Shown here: positions 23,229-35,280 of the stretch, in pieces
Numbering within the stretch: the first letter of the stretch is position 1
How the letters are laid out: each line of letters begins with the position of its first letter
From: Mobula hypostoma
Taxonomy: Eukaryota
Length of the DNA stretch: 64,000 nucleotides
NCBI RefSeq assembly: GCF_963921235.1
Contig: NC_086108.1
Span: 59,398,001 to 59,462,000, forward strand
Direction of reading: 5' to 3'
The notes under the pieces: generated by a model
The model's input: the letters and a program-made list of their open reading frames with translations, nothing else
Database searches by the model: none
Told to the model about the DNA's origin: nothing
Made by a program: the position numbers and the translations under genes

Positions 23229-25518
23229 ATAGAAACATAGAAACATAGAAAATAGGTGCAGGAGTAGGCCATTCGGCCCTTCGAGCCTGCACCGCCATTT
23301 ATTATGATCATGGCTGATCATCCAACTCAGAACCCAGCCTTCCCTCCATACCCCTTGACCCCTGTAGCCACAAGGGCCATATCTAACTTCCTTTTAAACA
23401 TAGCTAATGAACTGGCCTCAACAGTTTGCTGTGGCAGAGAATTCCACAGATTCACCACTCTCTGTGTGAAGAAGTTTTTCCTAACCTCGGTCCTAAAAGG
23501 CTTCCCCTCTATCATCAAACTGTGACCCCTCGTTCTAGACCTCCCCAACATCGGGAACAATCTTCCCGCATCAAGCCTGTCCAATCCCTTTAGGATCTTA
23601 TACGTTTCAATCAGATCCCCCCTCAATCTTCTAAATTCCAACGAGTACAAGCCCAGTTCATCCAGTCTTTCTTCATATGAAAGACCTGCCATCCCAGGAA
23701 TCAATCTGGTGAATCTTCTTTGTACTCCCTCTATGGCAAAGATGTCTTTCCTCAGATTAGGGGACCAAAACTGCACACAATACTCCAGGTGTGGTCTCAC
23801 CAAGGCCTTGTACAACTGCAGTAGTACCTCCCTGCTCCTGTACTCGAATCCTCTCGCTATAAATGCCAGCATACTGTTCGCCTTTTTCACCGCCTGCTGT
23901 ACCTGCATGCCCACTTTCAATGACTGGTGTATAATGACACCCAGGTCTCGTTGCACCTCCCCTTTTCCTAATCGGCCACCATTCAGATAATAATCTGTTT
24001 TCCTATTTTTGCCACCAAAGTGGATAACTTCACATTTATCCACATTAAATTGCATCTGCCATGAGTTTGCCCACTCACCCAACCTATCCAAGTCACCCTG
24101 CATCCTCTTAGCATCCTCCTCACTGCTAACACTGCCACCCAGCTTCGTGTCATCCGCAAACTTGGAGATGCTGCATTTAATTCCCTCATCCAAGTCATTA
24201 ATATATATTGTAAACAACTGGGGTCCCAGCACTGAGCCTTGCGGTACCCCACTAGTCACCGCCTGCCATTCTGAAAAGGTCCCGTTTATTCCCACTCTTT
24301 GCTTCCTGTCTGCTAACCAATTCTCCACCCACACCAATACCTTACCCCCAATACCGTGTGCTTTAAGTTTGCACACTAATCTCCTATGTGGGACCTTGTC
24401 AAAAGCCTTTTGAAAATCCAAATATACCACATCCACTGGTTCTCCCCTATCCACTCTACTAGTTACATCCTCAAAAAATTCTATGAGATTCGTCAGACAT
24501 GATTTTCCTTTCACAAATCCATGCTGACTTTGTCCGATCATTTCACCGCTTTCCAAATGTGCTGTTATCACATCCTTGATAACTGACTCCAGCAGTTTCC
24601 CCACCACCGACGTTAGGCTAACCGGCCTATAATTCCCCGGTTTCTCTCTCCCTCCTTTTTTAAAAAGTGGGGTTACATTAGCCACCCTCCAATCCTCAGG
24701 AACTAGTCCAGAATCTAACGAGTTTTGAAAAATTATCACTAATGCATCCACTATTTCTTGGGCCACTTCCTTAAGCACTCTGGGATGCAGACCATCTGGC
24801 CCTGGGGATTTATCTGCCTTCAATCCCTTCAATTTACCTAACACCACTTCCCTACTAACATGTATTTTGCTCAGTTCCTCCATCTCACTGGACCCTCTGT
24901 CCCTTACTATTTCTGGAAGATTATTTATGTCCTCCTTAGTGAAGACAGAACCAAAGTAATTATTCAATTGGTCTGCCATGTCCTTGCTCCCCATAATCAA
25001 TTCACCTGTTTCTGTTTGCAGGGGACCTACATTTGTCTTTATCAGTCTTTTCCTTTTTACATATCTATAAAAGCTTTTACAGTCCGTTTTTATGTTCTCT
25101 GCCAGTTTTCTCTCATAATCTTTTTTCCCCTTCCTAATTAAGCCCTTTGTCCTCCTCTGCTGAACTCTGAATTTCTCCCAGTCCTCAGGTGAGCCACTTT
25201 CTCTGGCTAATTTGTATGCTACTTCTTTGGAATTGATACTATCCCTAATTTCTCTTGTCAGCCACGGGTGCACTACAAATCACTACTTGATTTATTCTTT
25301 TGCCAAACTGGGATGAACAATTGTTGTAGTTCATCCATGCAACCTTTAAATGCTTGCCATTGCATATCCACCGTCAATCCTTGAAGTGTCATTTGCCAGT
25401 CTATCTTAGCTAATTCATGTCTCATACCTTCAAAGTTACCCCTCTTTAAGTTCAGAACCTTTGTTTCTGAATTAACTACGTCACTCTCCATGTTAATGAA
25501 GAATTCCACCATATTATG
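23229..25518 (-). mobile_element. Young 5'-truncated CR1 LINE
   Basis: (TTTCTATG)n tail at 23229-23251, an uninterrupted RT frame and retained CpGs. Confidence 0.95.
23327..25273 (-). CDS. CR1 ORF2 RT + C-terminal domain, 648-aa open frame (no ATG start, endonuclease missing)
   Basis: Motifs KSPGPDG, NYRPVSLTS, YLDFQKAFDKV, GVPQGSVLGP, KFADD and RPHLEYC. The frame begins at GTG after an indel at 25277-25287. Confidence 0.85.
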   Translation of the reverse strand: MHPWLTREIRDSINSKEVAYKLARESGSPEDWEKFRVQQRRTKGLIRKGKKDYERKLAENIKTDCKSFYRYVKRKRLIKTNVGPLQTETGELIMGSKDMADQLNNYFGSVFTKEDINNLPEIVRDRGSSEMEELSKIHVSREVVLGKLKGLKADKSPGPDGLHPRVLKEVAQEIVDALVIIFQNSLDSGLVPEDWRVANVTPLFKKGGREKPGNYRPVSLTSVVGKLLESVIKDVITAHLESGEMIGQSQHGFVKGKSCLTNLIEFFEDVTSRVDRGEPVDVVYLDFQKAFDKVPHRRLVCKLKAHGIGGKVLVWVENWLADRKQRVGINGTFSEWQAVTSGVPQGSVLGPQLFTIYINDLDEGIKCSISKFADDTKLGGSVSSEEDAKRMQGDLDRLGEWANSWQMQFNVDKCEVIHFGGKNRKTDYYLNGGRLGKGEVQRDLGVIIHQSLKVGMQVQQAVKKANSMLAFIARGFEYRSREVLLQLYKALVRPHLEYCVQFWSPNLRKDIFAIEGVQRRFTRLIPGMAGLSYEERLDELGLYSLEFRRLRGDLIETYKILKGLDRLDAGRLFPMLGRSRTRGHSLMIEGKPFRTEVRKNFFTQRVVNLWNSLPQQTVEASSLAMFKRKLDMALVATGVKGYGGKAGF

Positions 25519-26116
25519 TAATTTAAGGCCAAATTACCATTCGATTAATAGAGCAGCTTGGGTCTGCTTAGTAAGTTGAAAGTTTGCTCAGTATTTGAGC
25601 TTGATATTTACTTGTTCCAGGGAATAACATTTAAGGGACTGCTTGCCATGAAATGCATCATTCAGACAGGCCTCTGTTGGATTAAACATAAAAAAGAGAT
25701 TTGCTTTGAAAGTCAAATCTCAAAAAAAAAATGTTGTTTTCAACACCAAAGATCAGATAAATCTTTTCTTAGAAGGTTTGACTGACAGAGAGGTTACAAG
25801 AGTTCACTGAAAGTTACTTCTACTGGGAGCATAAATTAAGGATGATGACATCTTGGGAAGAAGTAAAAATATTCTTGAGGGAGACAAAATAACTGAACCC
25901 ACTTAGCTGTCTCAGTGAACATTATATACACTCTTAGGATCTCAAGTAAAAGTATAAGTATGTTAATAATGAAGCAAACCACTTGGGATTTAACATCTTC
26001 AAAAGGTCAGTGATTCAAAGCCACTATTATATCCGCTATACACAAAGTACAATCCAAACCAATGCTCCTGATTTTCTTTCTGTTTTGGACATTTGACTTG
26101 GTGTTGGGTTAATACA

Positions 26117-26662
26117 CACTCAGTGGCCACTTCATTAGATACACCTGTACACCTGCTCTTTAATACAAATATCAGCCAGTCACGTGGCAGCAACTCAATG
26201 CATAAAGACATGGTCAAGAGTTTCAGTTGTTGTTCAGACCAAATATCAGAATGGGAAGAAATGTGATCTAAGTGACTTTGACCATGAAATGATTGTAGGT
26301 GCCAGATAGGGTGGTGTGAGTACCTCAGAAACTTCTGATCTCCTGGTATGTTCATTGCACAACAGTCTCTAGAATTTACAGAGAATGGTGTGAAAAACTG
26401 AGGAACATCTAGTGAGCAGCAGTTCTGTGGGTGAAAATGCCTTGTTAATGAGAGAGGTCAGAGAAGAATAGCTAGACTGGTTCAAGATGACAGTAACTCA
26501 GATAACCATGCATTACAACTGTGGTGTGCAGAAGAGTACCTTTGAATGCACAGCATGTCAAACCTTGTAGTGGACGGTCTACTGAAGCAGAGGACCACAA
26601 ACATACACTCAGTGACCACATTATTAGGTACAGGAGGTACCTAATAAAGCAGTCACTGAGTG
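26117..26662. mobile_element. Tc1-like non-autonomous element
   Basis: TIR CACTCAGTGGCCACTTCATTAG ... CTAATAAAGCAGTCACTGAGTG followed by TA. A third TIR copy lies at about 26606. Confidence 0.8.
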
Positions 26663-28150
26663 TAAAGAGCAGCCTCTGATAATTTTTTCAGTTAATAATT
26701 TCTGATTACCCTCTATTGTCTTATTTTTGGCACCAAAATACTGCTAATTGTATAAATACTCAAGAAACATGAGAACACAGTTTAGTTCCTTCTTTATTTT
26801 TATAGAGACTTTAAATCATATACCCAGTAATAATTAAGTATTCTCCTCAGAAATGATGGGATAAATATAAAGTTATAAATATTGTCCAGATAATTTGAAG
26901 GACAAAGTCTTTGACTGATTTAGTAATACTTAATTTCAACACAGTTAGCAAGTAAGCAATTATTGATTTCATTGTGGGGCAAATTTAAAATGCAGAGATT
27001 AGGAATTCGATCTACCTTGTTATATCAATCTGACTGTTTTACAATGAAGTTTTAGTTATAATGTAACTGTGCCAACAAAAATAAAGAAATTAATGAAGGT
27101 TCGATTGTTGATCACTATCCAATGACTGTATTGTAAATTCTGCATGTGCATTTCAGGTAAGGACATTTCTCTGGATGAAGTGACTACTGCACTCTCTGAT
27201 CAGACAAAAAATGGCAAACTAACAGAACCTGGAGGCAGCCGCAGAACTGTCAACATTATTAAAAGTTTCATAATTCTAAAATGGATTGCCCTTCTGCCTT
27301 TATTTGTCCATGATTAACATTGACATTAATTAAAAAATATAATCCGAGCATTCATATTAAGCCAGCAAAGTCAATAAGCATCTAAAGTCCTTGGTCTGAA
27401 ATTAGTTAAAATGTGACTTGCTCTGAAACCATAAAATGCTGCTCTCCTTCCATCCACATTCCAGAATGACAGAATAATTATGACTATTAGAATAGCTTAT
27501 TTTATTATTTTGCTACTACTGTTTTGCAAATTTTTTATCGAAATAAGAAATCTTATATAATACTGAAAACATATCCGAATTGCATTGCATTGAATTATAT
27601 TATTTTGTTAGACAATTGGTATTCACCACACACCTATTCTTTCAGATCCAATTGACATAGGCTGCTATTTGAAGCTATCACATCCATGCCATTTTACTGT
27701 AGACCAATCCAGTTAGTCCCATTTACCCATTTTCCCCATTGCCCTGCAAATTATTTTCCCTCAAATATCTATCCAATTCTCTCTATGAATTACAAATTGA
27801 TTCTGTTTCCACCATATTATTAGTAATGAACTGCGAATTATAATCACTTGCTTAATAAAATAGTTTTCCTTAAATCTACCACAGCTACCCTTCCACATTT
27901 TCCCTGCGCATCCAATCTAATCATGTATACCTTTCATTCTCCAGTCAGCCATTCAAGCTGGAGTTGAATGGCACAGAACCATATTTAAATTAGAAAGGAA
28001 ATTCAAACCTGTAACTTTGTGATTTTGACTGCCCATAGTTTCCAGTAGTTGTCTTGGAACAAAGCACCTCAGCTGATGCTGCACATAACGAAATCCTGTA
28101 GTTTATACTATTTATGTTGCTTGCAGACTGTAATTTTCATTTCTCTAAAT

Positions 28151-29599
28151 CAGCCTTTTTCAACTTTTTTTCCCTGGAGGAACCCTTGAAATAATTTTCA
28201 GGTCCCAGGGAACCCCTGAATAAAATTATTATATCTCCAGCTCACGGTTTGTTAGTGTGATTATTAAGTTGCTGATACAATAATCCAAAAATAATTGTCA
28301 ATGCCGTTTTGAGTAGATAATGAATTTTTAACTTACCTTTCTTGAAATTAATCTCTTTCTTTCCCTTTTATAAATTTTAAAAACTCATAAGGCAAACATA
28401 TTACATTTCTGTTAAATAACTGGCTTAAGCCAAAATTGGATTTAATTGTTCTAAAGGTAGGCACAGTAGACTTATCTTAAATAAAGTTTATAAATTGATT
28501 TTAATTAATGCTATTTACAACATGAAGATTTATTGACAATGGTGTATAGTAAAATTACTAAACAACATAAGCCAAAGGAATATGAATAAAAATATAGCCT
28601 AATACACAATTTTATACAAGACTTTGGAAAAGCATTTTCTTACTAAGTGCCATGATCAGACTCAAATACAAGCCTAGCATGTGAAACTTGTGCTTAGTCT
28701 TTGCTGCACAAATACTCAATCCTAGGTCAAACTTGAGATAAGCATACATGGATTTCACCTTCAACTGAAATGAGACAATTTCTATTCTTGCTCCTGATCT
28801 TTGTTAAACAAGAAAAATCTTGCTCATATTTGTAAGAAGTTGAAAATTGCAGCAAGGTGTTCATTGTTTTCCTATGAATGGCAGAATACTCTTCTTTCAT
28901 AGAAATCCAGAACTTGTCAAGAGGCAGGTCAGTAAATCACATCTTGAGTGCATGATCAGACTGCAGCTCATAAAGTTTCAGGCTGAGCAGAAGATTAAGA
29001 GAAATGGTCCCTCACCCAGTCATACACTTGTGTTGAACGGGAAGAAAAATTTTGTTCAATTTTTTGTTCTGCAGTTCTTCCAGGTGGTTTTCGTATAAGA
29101 TTTGAGACTGAGCAGCTGAGTCACATAAAAATTCTTTCTTTAGAATGAAAATTTCCCTCCAATTTTTTACTGCATCAGCAGAGTTTATTCACTCCTATAA
29201 ATCAGTCAGCGATGCATAAGGGGAAGCTGGGGGAGGTAATTCAGGATGGAGAGACTGACATCACAGCCCAAGTTAGGCCAGTCCATTCAATGCTCGTAAA
29301 ACGCACTTCATGCTCCTCAGCATCCTATCGTCCTCCCCTCTGTGCAATACAGCGCTCAGCAATTATCAATGGCCTCCCCTATCTCACATCAAAAAATGAG
29401 AATAGACTCAACCAAATAAATATGGTCCTACTGCGCATTGCCATATTGGGCTGAAAGACCTCTAATAAGTTTGCTAACAGATCTGCTCGGTCACTGCCCA
29501 CCACTGCGAGCACTAGCATTACGTGCTGTGCGAAGTTCAAAAAGCAAAGTTTTTTTTTTAAATGATGATCTCTCATGGAACCCCGACTGAGAAAACCTG
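28151..29599 (-). mobile_element. hAT (Charlie/Buster-type) internally deleted transposon with perfect 8-bp TSD
   Basis: Ends are CAGCCTTTTTCAAC.. and ..GACTGAGAAAACCTG. TSD CTCTAAAT lies at 28143-28150 and 29600-29607. The minus strand carries a hATC-like remnant LLQFSTSYKYEQDFSCLTKIRSKNRN at ~28680-28860. Confidence 0.9.
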
Positions 29600-30408
29600 C
29601 TCTAAATATTCTTTCTACGTCAAAATAAATATATGCAATATGGGAGAAAAAAGGAAAGTTGATGTGATCAGTTAGAGGTTGACTCAGCTTCGGCCACTGT
29701 GTTGAACTGTGTACAACACTCAATCTGACTATTTGCCGACTGTGTTCTGTAAACAGCATATGGTGGAATTTAATTTCAAATGGAATATGTTTTAAATATA
29801 TTTTTATAATGCATTTGTGTCATGTACAACTAAACAAAATGTATGTTTGTTTTACCTCGTCCACTCTGGTGATAACTGCCCAGTTAGAAGGGTAAAAGTT
29901 AGAAGGGTAAGATACTTCTATAATTAAGTGTTGCATTATCATTCTGACCAACAGACTGAAATAATAGCTTCACTCTCACACTAGGTTCACAAGATGCTTA
30001 ATAATCATCAATTCCAGGTGTATTATGAAAGCTAATATATTTTCATGGAGGTTGAAGAAATAAAAGTTTTTAAAAATCAGTTACTTTGTGGGCATCAAGT
30101 GAGATTGAGTTTGTCAGTTCCTGCAGGAAGATTTCTTGGTGACCTCCTTGTGCACTGTCCTACACAAATCGTTAACATTTATCTAGCACATCCATCCTTG
30201 AGTACTGTATCTCCCAGAACAAATGGAAAGCAAACACATCCTGCTTGATTCAATGAGAAATAGAAACTAATAAACAGAGGTTTTCATAGACTGTGCTGGG
30301 AAAGTCAGCACATTTGAGCTCTGCTGCTTCATAGCAACATCATGAAGATTACAGAATTAGCTGTTTTCACAAAACAAGTTGTTAACTGGTGTCTTTGAGT
30401 TTGCCAGG

Positions 30409-30455
<47 letters not shown>

Positions 30456-30483
30456 GACACATATATATATGTATATATATATA
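30409..30483. repeat. Compound (GT)n(TA)n(CA)n(TA)n microsatellite
   Basis: Seen directly in the sequence. Confidence 0.95.
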
Positions 30484-31249
30484 GGCAGCTGATAGTCAGT
30501 TTGTCATCAATTTATGGTTGTCTTGTGGAAGACTGCAACGTATTTAGCTGCAAGTAGTTGGTGGTTCTCTGCAGTAGCTATTGGCCACAGACTTCTTCCT
30601 TGGGACTACATTAATATCCATTAATTCGCAGCACTGGGCTTGTGCATTCAATAAACAGGAGAGGATTCAAGAGCAGTCACAATATTTCCTCCCTGTCAGC
30701 AAATTGAGAAGATCACCAATCATAGACTAGCAATGCGGTATAGATAAGACATTGGGAAAATATGCTGGATTTTAAGGATAATCATAGTAAAAAATGAAAC
30801 AATAGCAATGTTATATTTGCTTTTATTGATTTCTTCAGGTCTTAGCATTTTCTGCTGTTTACATCTAATACTACATAACTTTCACAGCTGCAACCATACT
30901 CCTGCTTCCAGCTCTCAGTACAATATCCTGTCTGAGTTCAGAGCTGTACATGGAGTGGAACACACAGATAATCTGCCTAAGTAAGCTACAAAAACTGGGG
31001 CAGCTCTTTCTTTAAATCCTACCACCAACCCACCAAAATAAAATTAAACTATCTCATCATCTCAGTTCCCACATGGCTATGTCCAGTTCCTGGAAATGAA
31101 TATCTAAAGAGAAACAGAGAGAATAGCAAATACTACAGAACCAAAAATTCAGCAGTGGAAAAGAAAGAGGGTGAATACAAAAAGAATACTTTTAAACTCT
31201 AAGTAATATTTTAAACGAAAGATCCAAACAGGCTTCATATTCTTAATCA

Positions 31250-31695
31250 CTTTTTTACAGCTGCGCAGACCAATCATTGCTCTAAGCAGGAAATTTTTAC
31301 ATGGCCTGAAAACTGTGTAGCACTTTAAATGTTTTTTTTATAACATGCTTATTACCACATTGGCATTCAGCGGGCCGGTGGGTTATTAGCAATGAGCTAC
31401 CAACTTCCATTCTGTGTTTATTCTTACAATTTGTAACTTTAAACACCGATAATTTAAATATGTCGAAGCTCTAAAATATTTCAAAGTAAAGGTTGTGGTA
31501 TGTTTATTATTTAGAAAATTTATGGATTATATTCATTAACATAGTTAATTACAGGGTATTTCACAATTATAGTAGCATAATTTCAAAATTATATTAACAT
31601 TACATAAAATAAAATTTCAGCTGCGTGACAACAAAGACTATGTGCGCGGGAGCATTTCAGTTACTGTGCACCCATGCAGCTTAGAGGGAACAGTG
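31250..31695. mobile_element. hAT-type MITE remnant (one TIR)
   Basis: Ends in GCAGCTTAGAGGGAACAGTG, a typical hAT terminus. I did not find the left TIR. Confidence 0.5.
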
Positions 31696-32079
31696 ATCAT
31701 GATCCTCAGCTAAACTTCCTTGGAGAACAATAGTATTAACAATTAACTGCAAATGAAGAAAAAGGTATTAAATAGCAGCATTTTTTCATGCTACTTAAAT
31801 TACTTATTATACCATACAAGTTTAAATATGGTGCATCTGGAGAGTGTTTTTTACATATTGTCACCTAAAAATGCAAGTTTCATGCTGGCTCACATAAACT
31901 ACTATTGTTTTAACAAAATCATAGTTTTTCATCAGCACATTTGAATTACTAGTTCAACTTTTAATCCAATATTTCTTTCAACACAAATATTCCCAACTAA
32001 AATCTTAACAACATCACCCACTTCCTTCTCAACTTCTGCAATCTATTGCTGAAGCTCTCATCAATGTCTTTGTTATCTC

Positions 32080-32305
32080 TGGAATCAACCTGGTGAATCT
32101 TCTCTGCACCACCTCCAAAACCAGTATATCCTTCCTCAAGTAAGGAGACCAGAACTACATGCAGTACTCCAGGTGTGGCCTCACCAGTACCCCGTACAGT
32201 TGCAGCATAAGCTCCCTGTTCTTAAATTCAGTCTCTCTAGCAATGAAGGCCAACACTTCATTTTCCTTCTTGATAGCCTGCAAGCCAACCTTTTGTGATT
32301 TATGA
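32080..32305 (-). mobile_element. CR1 fragment
   Basis: Reverse complement of the LVRPHLEYCMxFWSPYL coding region. Confidence 0.8.
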
Positions 32306-32593
32306 CATTAAACTCTGTCCGGAGCCATTTACAGCAAGTAGTATCTAAATACAAGTAACAAGATTTTTTTGTTCAAGTTTAGGTTTATAGTCATCTGACA
32401 GAACTAATACAAGCAAATGAAACAATGTTCCCCTGAAACATGGTGCACCCACACAACAGCAAATAAACCAAAACGTTATAAAATAAATAAATTAATTAAT
32501 AAAAAATAATTCAAAATGTACGTAGTAATTTGCAACGCAGGTAAACAGTAAACATTCATCTTGGAGGTTGTGAAACAATGTATTGAATCATTC

Positions 32594-33026
32594 CAACCTG
32601 ATGGCATGAACATTGACTTCTCTAACTTCCGCTAGGCCCCACCTCCCCCTCGTACCCCATCTGTTACTCCTTTTTATGCACACATTCTTTCTCTCACTCT
32701 CCTTTTTCTCCCTCTGTCCCTCTGAATATACCTCTTGCCCATCCTCTGGGTCACCCCCCCCGTCTTTCTTCCCGGACCTCCTGTCCCATGATCCTCTCGT
32801 ATCCCCTTCTGCCTATCACCTGTCCAGCTCTCGGCTCCATCCCTCCCCCTCCTGTCTTCTCCTATCATTTTGCATCTCCCCCTCCCCCTCCAGCTTTCAA
32901 ATCCCTTACTCACTCTTCCTTCAGTTAGTCCTGACGAAGGGTCTCGGCCTGAAACGTCGACTGCGCCTCTTCCTACAGATGCTGCCTGGCCTGCTGCGTT
33001 CACCAGCAACTTTGATGTGTGTTGTT
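32594..33026 (+). mobile_element. Penelope 3' fragment with 13-bp TSD
   Basis: Matches 13160-13598. TSD TATTGAATCATTC at 32581-32593 and 33027-33039. Confidence 0.9.
32927..32962 (+). ncRNA. Penelope minimal type-I hammerhead ribozyme, core intact
   Basis: Stem I AGTC/GACT, core CTGACGA, stem II AGG/CCT, GAAA, palindromic stem III (ACGT), and a GTC cleavage triplet ending at 32958. Confidence 0.75.
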
Positions 33027-33616
33027 TATTGAATCATTCGGTTGTTTGCATAAATTGCAATTAATATATAAGTATGGTTATTTGGCAAAGCTATTCTCTG
33101 GCATATTTTATTGTGTGCTGAATTTAATTGGCAACAGAGGGAAATCTACAAATGGTGGTATTCTTGAGAGCCTGCTGCCATTGTTCTTCTTTGTGCTAAA
33201 GTTTCAGGTTTATGAGGTGCAACCAGAGTAGTCAAGATGAGTATAAAGATCAACATCTTCAATACTAAGGATCATGAAAAAACGTCACAGATTTTATGGT
33301 AACACCACACTGAAACCGCTATAGTTGCCTGTAACATGACGTTCTGTATTGATGTTCTGTAAGTTCTTGCAGCTGTTGGCATTGCAAACTCTAAAACCAG
33401 CACTTAATTGACACTCTACAATGTCAGCAACACACTTCCAACTCCAGATGAATGGCTGCTGCAATGTTACTAGGAGGTGGGAAAGTAATCCCACAGGGTC
33501 TGAACATGCTGGGCAAGCTGAAGATCTGAATCTGCAGGAGAAAGGTTCTTTGCCCAAGGAGACCATGGAGCCCTTTCAGCACTACAGCCAAACACTTTTG
33601 CTAGGGAATAGACATG

Positions 33617-34643
33617 ACAAGTCAAGTCACTTTTTATTGTCATTGCAACCATAACTGCTGGTACAGAACATAGTAAAAATGAGACGATGTTTTCCAGGAC
33701 CATGGTGCTACATGAAATGATACAAAAACTACACAGAACTATGTAAGAAAAACACAAAAACTATACTAGACTACAAACCTATCCAGGACTGCATAAAGTG
33801 CACAAAACAGTGCAGGCATTACAATAAATAATAATAAATAATAAACAAGACAGTAGGCACAGTAGAGAGCAGTAGGTTGGTGTCAGTCCAGGCTCTGGGT
33901 ATTGAGGAGTCTGATGGCTTGGGGGAAGAAACTGTTACATAGTCTGGTCATGAGAGCCCGAATGCTTCGGTGCCTTTTGCCAGATGGCAGGAGGGAGAAG
34001 AGTTTGTATGAAGGGTGCGTGGGGTCCTTCATAACACTGTTTGCTTTGTGGATGCAGCGCGTGGTGTAAATGTCTGTGATGGCGGGAAGGGAGACCCCGA
34101 TGATCTTCTCAGCAGACCTCACTATCTGCTGCAGGGTCTTGCAATCCCAGATGGTACAATTTCCAAACCAGGCCATGATGCAGCTGCTCAGGATGCTCTC
34201 AATACAGCCTCTGTAGAATGTGGTGAGGATGGGGGGTGGGAGATGGACTTTCCTCAGCCTTCGCAGAAAGTAGAGATGCTGCTGGGCTTTCTTTGCTATG
34301 GAGCTGGTGTTGAGGGACCAGGTGAGATTCTCCGCCAGGTGAGCACCAAGAAATTTGGTGCTCTTAACGATCTCTACGGAGGAGTCGTCGATGTTCAGTG
34401 GAGAGTGGTCGCTCTGTATCCTCCTGAAGTCAACAACCATCACTTTTGTTTTGTTTACATTCAGAAACAGGTTGTTGGCTCTGCGCCAGTCCATTAGCCG
34501 CTGCACCTCCTCTCTGTATGCTGACTCATCATTCTTGCTGATGAGACTCACCATGGTCGTGTTATCGGCAAACTTGATGATGTGGTTCTAGCTGTGAGTT
34601 GCAGCACAGTCGTGGGTCAGCAGAGTGAACAGCAGTGGACTGA
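33617..34643 (-). mobile_element. Rex1/Babar LINE 3' part, young (223-aa open frame at 33883-34554)
   Basis: Motifs [37 protein letters not shown] and SFFPQAIRLLN, with a (TGACT)n tail. Confidence 0.9.
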
Positions 34644-35144
34644 AAGGAAAAGTCTGCAATCTCTGAATGCCTGCACTTTGAAGAAATTGCAAAATAAAGG
34701 CAATTGCCTATGGTCACTCAGTATTCTCCAGAGACCCACAGAGAAAGTAGATGAAATCGCCTCTTGTTTAATTAGCTTATGGAAGACTGAGATCTGGTTG
34801 AGATCAGCTTCAGCAGCCCACAGTGATCCTAAGATGAGAAGTCTGAGAGTGTTAGTTAGTGGTCTTGATCCCCACAGGTAAAACATTTTCAGCAAGTGCA
34901 AGGCCATATTCAAGGTCACAGCTCTCCATAAGAACAAAACAAAAAGTAAATGACAGTTTTGGCTCCTTATATAGCACACTTGCAGGAGAAATGAAGTTAC
35001 TAAAAGCTGGTTACTTTCTGGATAAATAAGGTAAATGTTACACAATTGTTGAATTTTTGGGAGTATTTTACATTGCAAAAATGCATCAGAGCCATAGAAA
35101 TGGCTGAACTGCATATCCTGATAGGTACTAAGAAAAGCAGAAAT

Positions 35145-35280
35145 TGTCCTGACGAAGGTTCTTGGCCCACAATGTCAACTGTTTATTCATTCCCATAGAT
35201 GCTACCTGACCTGCTAAGTTACTCCAGCATCTTGTGAGTGCTGTTCTGGATTTCCAGCATCTGCAGAATCTCTTTTATGT
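35145..35280 (+). mobile_element. Penelope 3' tail with decayed hammerhead
   Basis: GTCCTGACGAAGGTTCTTGGCCCACAATGTC..GATGCTACCTGACCTGCT..CCAGCATCTGCAGAATC. Confidence 0.75.
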
